From assembly GCA_963674885.2 (NCBI GenBank), contig CAXXEA010000003.1:3477511-3509510 (forward strand): a DNA stretch of 32,000 nucleotides, read 5' to 3'. Under the pieces are notes generated by a model, which was not told the DNA's origin, ran no database searches, and saw only the letters and a list, made by a program, of their open reading frames with translations. The stretch is from Desulfobacterales bacterium (GTDB lineage: Bacteria > Desulfobacterota > Desulfobacteria > Desulfobacterales > UBA5852). Positions 8,280 to 16,189 of the stretch are shown in pieces. Every line of letters begins with the position of its first letter. The first letter of the stretch is position 1. The position numbers and the translations under genes were made by a program.

Positions 8280-9338
8280 CTACACGCGATTTATTTCATC
8301 GATAAGGTCCTTGAGACGTGCGAAGGTGGTGCGGTTAAAGTCGACGATCAGGCGGGGCAGGGAGGCCAAATCCGGATCGTCAGCTTCCTGGGGCAGGGCC
8401 GGGCCCTGACGGAAAGCGCCACCCGGGGTCAACAGGTCGCTGAATTTTTGGCGGATCGTTTGCATGGTCCGGTCGGAAAGCGGGGTCTGCAGGCGGATAA
8501 CCAAGCGGGAATCGACGTAGCGCATGCTGTGGTAGCGATAGTAGAAGCGTTCGATGGCCTGCAGGACATCCGGGATGGCATCGGTGATGTGGAACAGGTT
8601 TAGGTCCTCGGGACGGATAAAGTGACACGAGGCCAGATTGTTTTCTAAAAAACGCCGCCATTCCTGCCAATAATGGCTGCCGGGGACGTCCACCATGATC
8701 ACCGGCAGCGGCGGGTGTTTGCCGGTCTGAGACAAGGTGAGGGTTTCCATGCCTTCATCGAGGGTGCCAAATCCGCCCGGGAAGACCACAACCGCGTCGG
8801 CCTCTTTGAGAAAGGCAACTTTGCGATTGAAAAAGTATTTGTAGTTGATATGGCGCGGATTGCCCTCCACCACCGGGTTGGGTTTCTGCTCGAAGGGCAG
8901 ACGAATATTGATTCCGAAAGAGTGTTCCGCTCCGGCCCCTTCGTTGACCGCCTGCATGATACCGGGCCCGCCGCCGGTAATGACCATGTAGCCACGATCC
9001 GCCAGTTGCCGGCCGAGATCCCGGGCCATCCGGAAGGCCGGTGTTTCAGGGGGCGTGCGAGCCGATCCGAATACGGAAACTTTGCGAATATGACGATATG
9101 GTCCAAAAATTTTAGCGGTAAAGCGCATTTCTTTCAGGGATGTATTCATCAACTTCAAGTCTGCTTTTTCGTCATTCTCCTGGCCGGCCTTGAGGGCCGC
9201 CAGAATCAATTCGCGGACCAATCCGGGCTGTTTGATACCGCCCACCATGGTCATTAATTGATCGATGGCGATGTCGGCCGGTCCGTTGGTCGGGGTGAAG
9301 TGCAGTTCCATTGTGTCGGTCATGTCCTCGATGCCCAT
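8280..9338 (-). CDS. LOG-family (TIGR00730-type) Rossmann protein, PpnN/YgdH-like nucleotide 5'-monophosphate nucleosidase with N- and C-terminal extensions
   Basis: LOG motifs: VSVFGSAR, MVITGGGPGIMQAVNEGA, VVVFPGGFGTLDEGMETL. About 80 aa lie N-terminal and about 100 aa C-terminal of the LOG core. GAGGAC lies upstream of ATG 9338. Confidence 0.85.
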   Translation of the reverse strand: MGIEDMTDTMELHFTPTNGPADIAIDQLMTMVGGIKQPGLVRELILAALKAGQENDEKADLKLMNTSLKEMRFTAKIFGPYRHIRKVSVFGSARTPPETPAFRMARDLGRQLADRGYMVITGGGPGIMQAVNEGAGAEHSFGINIRLPFEQKPNPVVEGNPRHINYKYFFNRKVAFLKEADAVVVFPGGFGTLDEGMETLTLSQTGKHPPLPVIMVDVPGSHYWQEWRRFLENNLASCHFIRPEDLNLFHITDAIPDVLQAIERFYYRYHSMRYVDSRLVIRLQTPLSDRTMQTIRQKFSDLLTPGGAFRQGPALPQEADDPDLASLPRLIVDFNRTTFARLKDLIDEINRV

Positions 9339-9672
9339 AGCAGGTCCTCGTTCATGGTCGGTCAGCTTGTTTTTACCCTCAACGCTTGCCGATGCCGCGG
9401 ATGTCCTTAGATTTGATTTTGTTGATCAAGCCGTTCGTCTCGCAGACCGCTGCCATTCATTTTTCGGTTGTCGTCGGTGTAAAATATAAAATTGCAACGT
9501 GCTATGATGATTGTCAATATCAAGATAATTTTCGGTGCATTACGTAAGATATCAAGGGGCCTGGCGACCAATTGGCAATCTAACTGACCTTCTGACGTGG
9601 TCCAGCAGCGCTCTAACGCTAATGGTTGCCCGAGTTACGTGCGCCGGTGAATCTCCCTGGGAAAGCTGTTGA

Positions 9673-11292
9673 ATGCAAAAGATCGTCCCCAGCATGTTTA
9701 AATTTTTCACGGCCGTCCTATCGCGCCGTATCGTTTTCTGGGTGTTTGTCAGTGTGATTGCCATCGAGACGATCATCTTCTTCCCGTCCCTGCGCAATCG
9801 CGAGCGTGAATTGCTGACCCAGCTGAAAAGCCTATCGGCGGCCAAAATTGAAGTGATGATGAAGACCGAGCCGGGTCATTTGTCGGGCGAGGAGTTCCTC
9901 GCGCGTGTTCGCCTGCTGTTATTGGATGACGTCATTATCGGCGCCGCCCTCTATCGCTTGGACGGAACGCGCGTGGGGGCCGTGGGGGAGCCCCCGGAAC
10001 TGGTTTTTACCGAATCGACAGCGCATCTCCGTGATAAGGTCGATCGGCTGGGAAACCGTTATGATGTGGTCTGCCTGGGGCAGGGTGAGCGAAAAATGAA
10101 TGTCCTCGTGGTCCGTCACGACACGACGACAGTGCGCAGCGCACTTTATGCCTTTTTCGTTCGAATCGTGGGGCTCGTTATCATTATTTCCGTGGTGGTC
10201 ACCCTGGGGGCGATGATGGCCTTGGGGCCGATTGTGGTATCCCCCATTCTCAAACTAAGGCGCGATTTGCTTGCCGCCGGGGAGGCTGTCAGCCGCGATG
10301 CGCCGGCTCCCAAGTTTTATGCGGCGAAGGTGCAGCGGTCCGATGAACTCGGAGAGGTCATCGCGGCTTTCCAGCGCATGTTCGGGCAGATCAACGAAGC
10401 CATCAGCCACCGGAAAGCGGCCGAGCATCAGCTCCGCGATACCCTGCATCAATTGGAGGGGTATTCCCAGGCGATGCAAAAGGAGCTGGAAAAGGGCCGC
10501 GAAATACAGAAAAATTTTCTTCCGGAGCGATTGCTGGAATTCCCGGGATGGGAGCTGTCCGCGCATTTCAAGCCGGCGCGTCAGGTGGCGGGTGACTACT
10601 ACGATGTGTTCAGGCTGCCCGGCAACCGTCTGGGACTGGTCATTGCGGATGTCTGCGACAAGGGCGTCGGGGCCGCACTGTTCATGGCTCTTTTCAGGAG
10701 CCTCATCCGTATTTTTTCCGGTCAGTTCGAGGTTAACGGCGGCAGTTGTCCGGGACACGATTTACCCGCAGAAATCACCGTGGATGCATCCGGCGAATCC
10801 GAGGCGGCCGGTGCGGATCTGGAAGTTTTACAGGCCGTCATTCATACCAACCGTTATGTGGCCAGCAACCACGGTGACCTGGGGATGTTCGCGACCTTAT
10901 TTTTCGGAGTGTTGGATCTTCAAACCGGTCGCCTGGCCTACATCAACGCCGGTCATGATCCGCTTTTTCTGCTGCATCCCCAGGGTGGCGTGCATGACCA
11001 GCTTGATGCAACCGGACCGGCCGTGGGGGTTTCGACCAATGCCACGTTCACCGTTCGTCACGCCATCATCCGGCCGGGGGAGACCCTGTTCAGTTATACC
11101 GACGGCATCCCCGAGGCAACCTCCGACACGGGTGAGTTTTTCGGGCGACAGCGCCTCACGAAACTTTTGGAAAAATCCACAAGATCGGCTGAGGACCTGG
11201 TGGCAACCATTGCCGGTGCGGTATCCGCCCATACCGGTGAGGCCGAACAATTCGACGACATTACCATTCTCGCGGTGCGGCGTAACGGGTAG
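9673..11292 (+). CDS. Membrane-anchored HAMP + SpoIIE/PP2C-type protein phosphatase (RsbU-like)
   Basis: Two TM segments flank a periplasmic-type region. A HAMP-like linker follows (ILKLRRDLLAAGEAVS...ELGEVIAAFQRMF). SpoIIE motifs are present: REIQKNFLP, VAGDYYDVF, VIADVCDKGVGAALFMA, YINAGHDP, SYTDGIPEA, DDITILAV. Confidence 0.9.
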   Translation: MQKIVPSMFKFFTAVLSRRIVFWVFVSVIAIETIIFFPSLRNRERELLTQLKSLSAAKIEVMMKTEPGHLSGEEFLARVRLLLLDDVIIGAALYRLDGTRVGAVGEPPELVFTESTAHLRDKVDRLGNRYDVVCLGQGERKMNVLVVRHDTTTVRSALYAFFVRIVGLVIIISVVVTLGAMMALGPIVVSPILKLRRDLLAAGEAVSRDAPAPKFYAAKVQRSDELGEVIAAFQRMFGQINEAISHRKAAEHQLRDTLHQLEGYSQAMQKELEKGREIQKNFLPERLLEFPGWELSAHFKPARQVAGDYYDVFRLPGNRLGLVIADVCDKGVGAALFMALFRSLIRIFSGQFEVNGGSCPGHDLPAEITVDASGESEAAGADLEVLQAVIHTNRYVASNHGDLGMFATLFFGVLDLQTGRLAYINAGHDPLFLLHPQGGVHDQLDATGPAVGVSTNATFTVRHAIIRPGETLFSYTDGIPEATSDTGEFFGRQRLTKLLEKSTRSAEDLVATIAGAVSAHTGEAEQFDDITILAVRRNG

Positions 11293-11368
11293 TCGGCATT
11301 GTCTCTATCCGGGAACGGCGAACACCCTGCACATTGCCCCGCCGCATCGTAGCGGCGGTTGGAAAGGG

Positions 11369-13078
11369 CTACAGGCGACCGGAGCGGAAAATGGATATAA
11401 TGAGCCATATCCCCAGCAGGGTCGCAATGAGGTAACCCGTGATGCCTAACACAGATGTCACGGAAAGGACGGCTCCTCCGAAAAACGGCAGTTTGAATTC
11501 CAGGACGCGTTGACTGCTGTTCAAAATCAGCGACGCGGCAATCGTGGAGGCCGAAATAACAGCGCCGACGGTCAGGCGGTTGATACCGCGTTCGATTTTC
11601 TGGTCGAAATTTTCAAATCCCCGGTGGCGGAATTCAAGCTGATACTGACCGCTGGCCGCCTGGCGCAGGATGTCGTTGACATAGCGCGGCATACGGCGTG
11701 CATACTGGCCCAGGGCGCGTGTTTCGCGGCCGATGGTTTTAAACAGCTTGTGGGTATCGTAGCCTTGCTGCACCAGTTTTTCGGCGTAGGGGCGGGTCAC
11801 CTCGAGAATATTGGCATCGCTGTTCAGGATTTTTCCCAGGGCCTCCGCCTGGATAAACGTTTTGAGCAGCAGCAGCAGATTGCGCGGCAGACGAATGCGG
11901 TAGGTCAGCACGAGGGCGATGATCTGGTCGTAAACATCCCGTACCGAGACCGATTGCAGGGTGCGGCCGTAGAACGGTTCGCTGATCTCCATGAGATCCC
12001 GCCGGAAAGCGTCAAGATCCACAGTGGTGTCGCCGAACAGTCCGGCCGATTCCAGGGCCTCCATGACAAGATCGTAATCATGCTCGGCATACCCCAGGAA
12101 CAGGTTGGCGATTTGGCGCATCAGCTCCTCGTCGATGTATCCCGTGATACCGAAATCCACCAGACTGACCCGGCCGTCGGGCATGACGATCGTGTTGGCG
12201 GGATGGGGATCGGCATGGAAAAAGCCGAATTCCATCAGCTGGCGTGAAAAGGACCGCAACCCGATCAGGGCAATGGTCTTGGGATCGATGCCATAGGCCA
12301 TGATAGCCGCGACGTCATCCATTTTACAGCCGTCGATAAATTCCATCACCAGAACGGCGCGGGTGGTGTAATCCCAGTTGACGCGGGGGATCCGGATCTC
12401 TTCGGAATCCTCGAAGAGGGATGCAAATTTTTCGATGCTGCCGGCTTCGATGTACATGTCGAGCTCGCGGAAAATCGTGCGTTCGAACTCCTGGACCAGG
12501 TTGACCGCGCCGAGCAAACGGGCCACATCAAACCATTTTTCGAGTTTGCCGGCGAAATAATACATGAGGCGGATATCCTTCTGGATAATCCGATCGATGC
12601 CGGGGCGAATGATTTTAACGGCTACCTGCTCACCGCTGTAGAGCCGGGCTTTGTGCACCTGGGCCACGGACGCAGCCCCCTGGGGATCCGGTTCGAAATC
12701 GGCAAACACTTCCTGAAGGGGGCGCTTCAGTTCGGCTTCCACCACGCGGCGCGCCTGGCGAAAGGGGAAGGGGGCCACACTGTCCTGCAGCTTGCGAAAT
12801 TCGTCGATGTACGCCGGCGGGAAGACATCGGCGCGGGTACTCATTAACTGCCCCAACTTGATAAAGCTGGGGCCTAAGTCCTCCAGGGCTTGCCGGATGC
12901 GCACCGGGGAAGGGATTCTCAGCGCTGCGGCCGGGGTCTCGGAAGCGGCTTCGTCGGCTGTGGGGGTTTTACGGAAAATGCGTGCCGTGATATCCGCCAT
13001 TCCGTATTTGATCAGTACCCTGGTGATGGCTAAAAACCGCCAGGCGCCGGAAAATTTACTGCCCCGATTGCGATTCAT
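11369..13078 (-). CDS. ABC1/UbiB-family atypical kinase with C-terminal TM helices
   Basis: ABC1 motifs: LGPSFIKLGQLMSTRADVFP, AAASVAQVHKA, VAVKIIRPG, FHADPHPANI-like FHADPHPANTIV, LVDFGITG. Start is at ATG 13078 (MNRNRGSKF) with GAGGAGAA upstream. The track ORF extends to 13282. Confidence 0.9.
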   Translation of the reverse strand: MNRNRGSKFSGAWRFLAITRVLIKYGMADITARIFRKTPTADEAASETPAAALRIPSPVRIRQALEDLGPSFIKLGQLMSTRADVFPPAYIDEFRKLQDSVAPFPFRQARRVVEAELKRPLQEVFADFEPDPQGAASVAQVHKARLYSGEQVAVKIIRPGIDRIIQKDIRLMYYFAGKLEKWFDVARLLGAVNLVQEFERTIFRELDMYIEAGSIEKFASLFEDSEEIRIPRVNWDYTTRAVLVMEFIDGCKMDDVAAIMAYGIDPKTIALIGLRSFSRQLMEFGFFHADPHPANTIVMPDGRVSLVDFGITGYIDEELMRQIANLFLGYAEHDYDLVMEALESAGLFGDTTVDLDAFRRDLMEISEPFYGRTLQSVSVRDVYDQIIALVLTYRIRLPRNLLLLLKTFIQAEALGKILNSDANILEVTRPYAEKLVQQGYDTHKLFKTIGRETRALGQYARRMPRYVNDILRQAASGQYQLEFRHRGFENFDQKIERGINRLTVGAVISASTIAASLILNSSQRVLEFKLPFFGGAVLSVTSVLGITGYLIATLLGIWLIISIFRSGRL

Positions 13079-13157
13079 GGATGGTGGTTTCTCCTCGCTG
13101 TTGTCTGGTATCCTGCGGCCGAGCGGCGCTGTCGGATAACGGTCCCGGTTCGGTTTC

Positions 13158-13415
13158 TCAGGTGTTTTCTCCCGGTGTGCTTTCCTCTTCAGGTTGAACC
13201 GCCGGCCATTTCCGCTGAATGCTGGCGACATCTTCTTTCCGGCTGATGTAACTTTCCACGTAGCCGCAGGCGGCGCAGACATAGTTGTCCAGTGGCGCCA
13301 TGGTCGTCAGGCCGACCGGAATGGCATTGCAGGTAAAGGGGCCGCTTTTGGGAAACACCTCCGTGCCGGCATAGATATCGGAAGATCCGCATTTGGGGCA
13401 GGTGCCGTTTTTCAT
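13158..13415 (-). CDS. Zinc-ribbon small protein (85 aa)
   Basis: MKNGTCPKCGSSDIY ... YVCAACGYVESY contains CxxC ... CxxC. GAGGAGAA precedes ATG 13415. It is co-oriented with the ABC1 kinase gene and lies 79 nt upstream of it. Confidence 0.6.
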   Translation of the reverse strand: MKNGTCPKCGSSDIYAGTEVFPKSGPFTCNAIPVGLTTMAPLDNYVCAACGYVESYISRKEDVASIQRKWPAVQPEEESTPGENT

Positions 13416-13759
13416 TGGTTGTTCTCCTCGATTGGATGGATTTTTATCGTCATCGCCCATGTGACGGTTTTTTCACCGGAAACACGATGGGAAGCGATGG
13501 GGGCGGTTTGGACATTGCAGCGGCTGCCGATCAATGCTGGAAAACGATGATATGGTTGTCGGCGTTTCTGCTTGGTTGCATGGCGGCCGATGAAGTTCGA
13601 TGTCTTTGGCCTGGTTTTGCGTCCGACAGAGAGTCGCAGTATGGCCCAAACCCCGAAACCTGTCAACTGATCTGATCCACGTTTAGACTATGATTATACT
13701 TGACTTTTCACCGTGGGCCTTCTATCCAATGGCCCATTTTTAAGGGGAGGTGGTTCGAT

Positions 13760-14404
13760 TTGGTCGATCGTTACCGGCGCTGGCTCGACCGCAAAACGGC
13801 CGAGCGCTGTGCCAAAAATTTGAAAAGAAACGGCTTTGACGTGCGGCTTGTGCCGACCCCGGAGGCCGCCTGCCGCGAAATGCTTGCCATGATTACGGAA
13901 TTTGAAACATTCGGGATCGGCGGATCGGAAACCATCCGGCAAATCGGCATCATCAGCGAACTCAACGGCATGGGCAAAACCATCTATGATCACTGGAAGC
14001 CGGACTTGAGTCCGGATGAGGTGCAGGCGATACGGCTCGACCAGGGCCGTTGCGATTGCTTCCTGTGCAGTGCCAACGCTGTTTCCGTCCAGGGTGAGAT
14101 CGTCAATGTGGACGGTATCGGCAACCGCGTGACCGCCATGACCTACGGACCACGCAAGGTGATCGTTGTCGCCGGTGTCAATAAAATCATGCCGGATCTG
14201 ACGCAAGCCCTGGAGCGGGTTCGTAAGATTGCCGGGCCGATGCGCGCCAAGAGCCTGGGAATGGAAACTCCCTGTGCTGAGACCGGAGAATGCACGAACT
14301 GTCACGCGCCCCAGAGAATTTGCCGCATCACCACAATCCTGCACCGCCGCCCCATGCTGACCGATATATCGGTCGTCCTGGTGGGCACCCCGCTTGGATA
14401 TTAG
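13760..14404 (+). CDS. LUD-domain (DUF162, LutB/C-like) protein
   Basis: Family-like blocks: FGIGGSETIRQIG, CDCFLCSANAVSVQGEIVNVDGIGNRVTAMTYGPRKVIVVAGVNKI, PCAETGECTNCHAPQRIC. Start is proposed at TTG 13760 because AAGGGGAGG lies ~10 nt upstream. The track ORF begins at TTG 13700. Confidence 0.75.
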   Translation: MVDRYRRWLDRKTAERCAKNLKRNGFDVRLVPTPEAACREMLAMITEFETFGIGGSETIRQIGIISELNGMGKTIYDHWKPDLSPDEVQAIRLDQGRCDCFLCSANAVSVQGEIVNVDGIGNRVTAMTYGPRKVIVVAGVNKIMPDLTQALERVRKIAGPMRAKSLGMETPCAETGECTNCHAPQRICRITTILHRRPMLTDISVVLVGTPLGY

Positions 14405-14450
14405 GCGGGTCCGCGTATTGCGTGTCAACGACAGCAGAGGGTACCAAGCG

Positions 14451-14933
14451 ATGACGTTAGCCCGATCGGTTATCGATCTTTTCTGGGAACGCCTGCCCCT
14501 GGACGAGCTCAGCGCGGCCCAATGGGAAGCGCTTTGCGACCGGTGCGGGCGCTGCTGTCTGGAAAAACTGACCAACCGACGCAACGGCAAAGTGTATTAC
14601 ACCTCGATCGCCTGCACCCTGTTGGATACAGTGTCCTGCCAGTGCCGGGACTACCGCCACCGTCGCCGCACGGTGCCGCAATGCATCCAATTGACCCCTG
14701 ACAATTTGCGGTCCTGCCGCTGGCTGCCCCGGACCTGCGCCTACCGCTTGCTGTGGGAGGGGAAATCGCTGCCCGCCTGGCACCCCCTGATTACCGGTAC
14801 GCCCGAGTCGGTGCATGAGGCCGGCATTTCCATTCGCGGGCATCGATTGCATACGATGCCGCCTCACGACGAAGAGATCGCGGCTTACATTGTGGATTGG
14901 GGCATCTGGAGCAAAAAGGCACGGCTTGAATAG
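14451..14933 (+). CDS. ycgN: YcgN-family (UPF0260) cysteine-cluster protein
   Basis: FWERLPLDELSAAQWEALCDRCGRCCLEKL ... YYTSIACTLLDTVSCQCRDY ... CAYRLLWEGKSLPAWHPL is the typical YcgN pattern. ATG is at 14451. Confidence 0.8.
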   Translation: MTLARSVIDLFWERLPLDELSAAQWEALCDRCGRCCLEKLTNRRNGKVYYTSIACTLLDTVSCQCRDYRHRRRTVPQCIQLTPDNLRSCRWLPRTCAYRLLWEGKSLPAWHPLITGTPESVHEAGISIRGHRLHTMPPHDEEIAAYIVDWGIWSKKARLE

Positions 14934-15120
14934 CATTTCCTGATGGTCTCGGCATCCACAGTTTCATCAAAAGCCGTCGTCTACCTAATCCATATCTGAC
15001 AGCGCAGCCCTCATCGAACCGCCCCCAGTGGATTATTGCCAACCGAAAATGCGGTCTTATGCTTTCGATCGGTCCGCCACTAGCGGTCATAACGACGACG
15101 ATCAATCAAAGGAGGCATCA

Positions 15121-15315
15121 ATGAACCGCAAGGATCATTACAATAGCGCTGAATTCATGTCTGTTCCGGAAGCGGCCCGTTACCTGGGGGTCGGGCGGAA
15201 AATGGTCTACCAACTGCTCGACAACGGCGACCTGACCTTTACGCGGGAGCGGGGCGCCATTCGCATTCTGGTGGAAGCCGTCCACTCGTTTCGTGACGGT
15301 GGCCGTATGGCTTGA
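15121..15315 (+). CDS. Excisionase-family (HTH_17/MerR-like) DNA-binding protein, 64 aa
   Basis: FMSVPEAARYLGVGRKMVYQLLDNGDLTF is a helix-turn-helix of the excisionase type. AAAGGAGG precedes ATG 15121. Confidence 0.7.
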   Translation: MNRKDHYNSAEFMSVPEAARYLGVGRKMVYQLLDNGDLTFTRERGAIRILVEAVHSFRDGGRMA

Positions 15316-15333
15316 TGATTCGGTGTATGGATG

Positions 15334-15915
15334 TCAGCGCGGATGTTTCCAGCGGATGGGCGAAACGTAAGCATCCCCTTGCTGCCACATGCCGGTGCGG
15401 GTTTCCCGGGCCTCGGTTTCGGTTGCAAGGTAGGGCGACTTGGCAAAGCCGTCGGGTGTGCGCCCACGGTAAACCTCAGCCAGGCCGGCTTCGATCATGG
15501 CATGATTGATATCGCGGGATTCGCAATACACCACGGCCAGCACGCGGTGATAGCGGTCTTCGCCATAGGCGACGAGGGTGACCGTTCGATTTAGGATAAG
15601 GTCGGCCAGGTGTCGCTGGGCTAAACGGCTGTACGGCTGACCGGGTTCGCCTTTGCCCTTTGAGGTTTCCGGGGCGTCGATGCCCAGGAGACGAATCACT
15701 TTGCGCCCGCCGGCACCGGATACCAGGATGGTGTCCCCGTCATAAACCCGGAGGACGCGATAGGGATCGGAGGGCGCGGCGCAGACAGTCCAAAATTCTC
15801 CGGTGGCGGCGAGCCACAGGAAACCCACCGCGACCAGAACAGCATAGCGCCGGAACTGCCGCTGGAGGGGATGGACTCGGTCAGCAGCAGCCAATGTCCC
15901 CGCAACAGGCGGCAT
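15334..15915 (-). CDS. Thermonuclease (staphylococcal nuclease, SNase) homologue with N-terminal signal/anchor
   Basis: SNase motifs: VYDGDTILV, IRLLGIDAPET, INHAMIEAGLAEVY. Hydrophobic N-terminus: RRYAVLVAVGFLWLAATG. The start is uncertain (ATG 15915, ATG 15945/15963 or TTG 15897). All options overlap the 3' end of hgcB. Confidence 0.8.
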   Translation of the reverse strand: MPPVAGTLAAADRVHPLQRQFRRYAVLVAVGFLWLAATGEFWTVCAAPSDPYRVLRVYDGDTILVSGAGGRKVIRLLGIDAPETSKGKGEPGQPYSRLAQRHLADLILNRTVTLVAYGEDRYHRVLAVVYCESRDINHAMIEAGLAEVYRGRTPDGFAKSPYLATETEARETRTGMWQQGDAYVSPIRWKHPR

Positions 15916-16171
15916 CTTTCCCCTTGATCCAGGTTTGAATGACATAGGCGGCGCACCCGACACCCGGTTGAACGGTCAGGGCGTTCTGTTCACAGTTGCG
16001 CGCGCAGGCGCCGCATTCCATGCAGCGATCCCTGTTATGAATTCTGGCTTGCCGGCCTTCCATTGTGAATACGCCCTGGGGGCATACCAGGGTGCAAGTC
16101 TGGCAGCCATTGCAGCGGGAGGCGTCATAGGTCAAGGTGCTGACGCCGGGTAAATAGATCATCTCACGCAT
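15881..16171 (-). CDS. hgcB: HgcB, 2x[4Fe-4S] ferredoxin of the mercury methylation pair
   Basis: 96 aa. Two CX2CX2CX3C motifs: CNGCQTCTLVCP and CMECGACARNCE (the C-M/I-E-C-G-A-C HgcB signature). There is an isolated Cys at residue 73 and a C-terminal Cys-rich tail, AACCGDIGCC. The gene lies 18 nt downstream of hgcA, with a GGGAGA SD. Confidence 0.85.
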   Translation of the reverse strand: MREMIYLPGVSTLTYDASRCNGCQTCTLVCPQGVFTMEGRQARIHNRDRCMECGACARNCEQNALTVQPGVGCAAYVIQTWIKGKDAACCGDIGCC

Positions 16172-16189
16172 GTTTTCATGTCTCCCGGT

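Noticed and set aside
10271-11449. 392-aa + strand ORF in an alternative frame of the SpoIIE gene
   Set aside because: The composition is Arg/Ser/Pro/Trp-rich, typical of an off-frame read of GC-rich coding DNA. The SpoIIE frame carries all family motifs.
13694-14590. 298-aa minus-strand ORF
   Set aside because: It is antisense to the LUD-domain and YcgN genes, which have family motifs. I see no motif or SD for the antisense frame.
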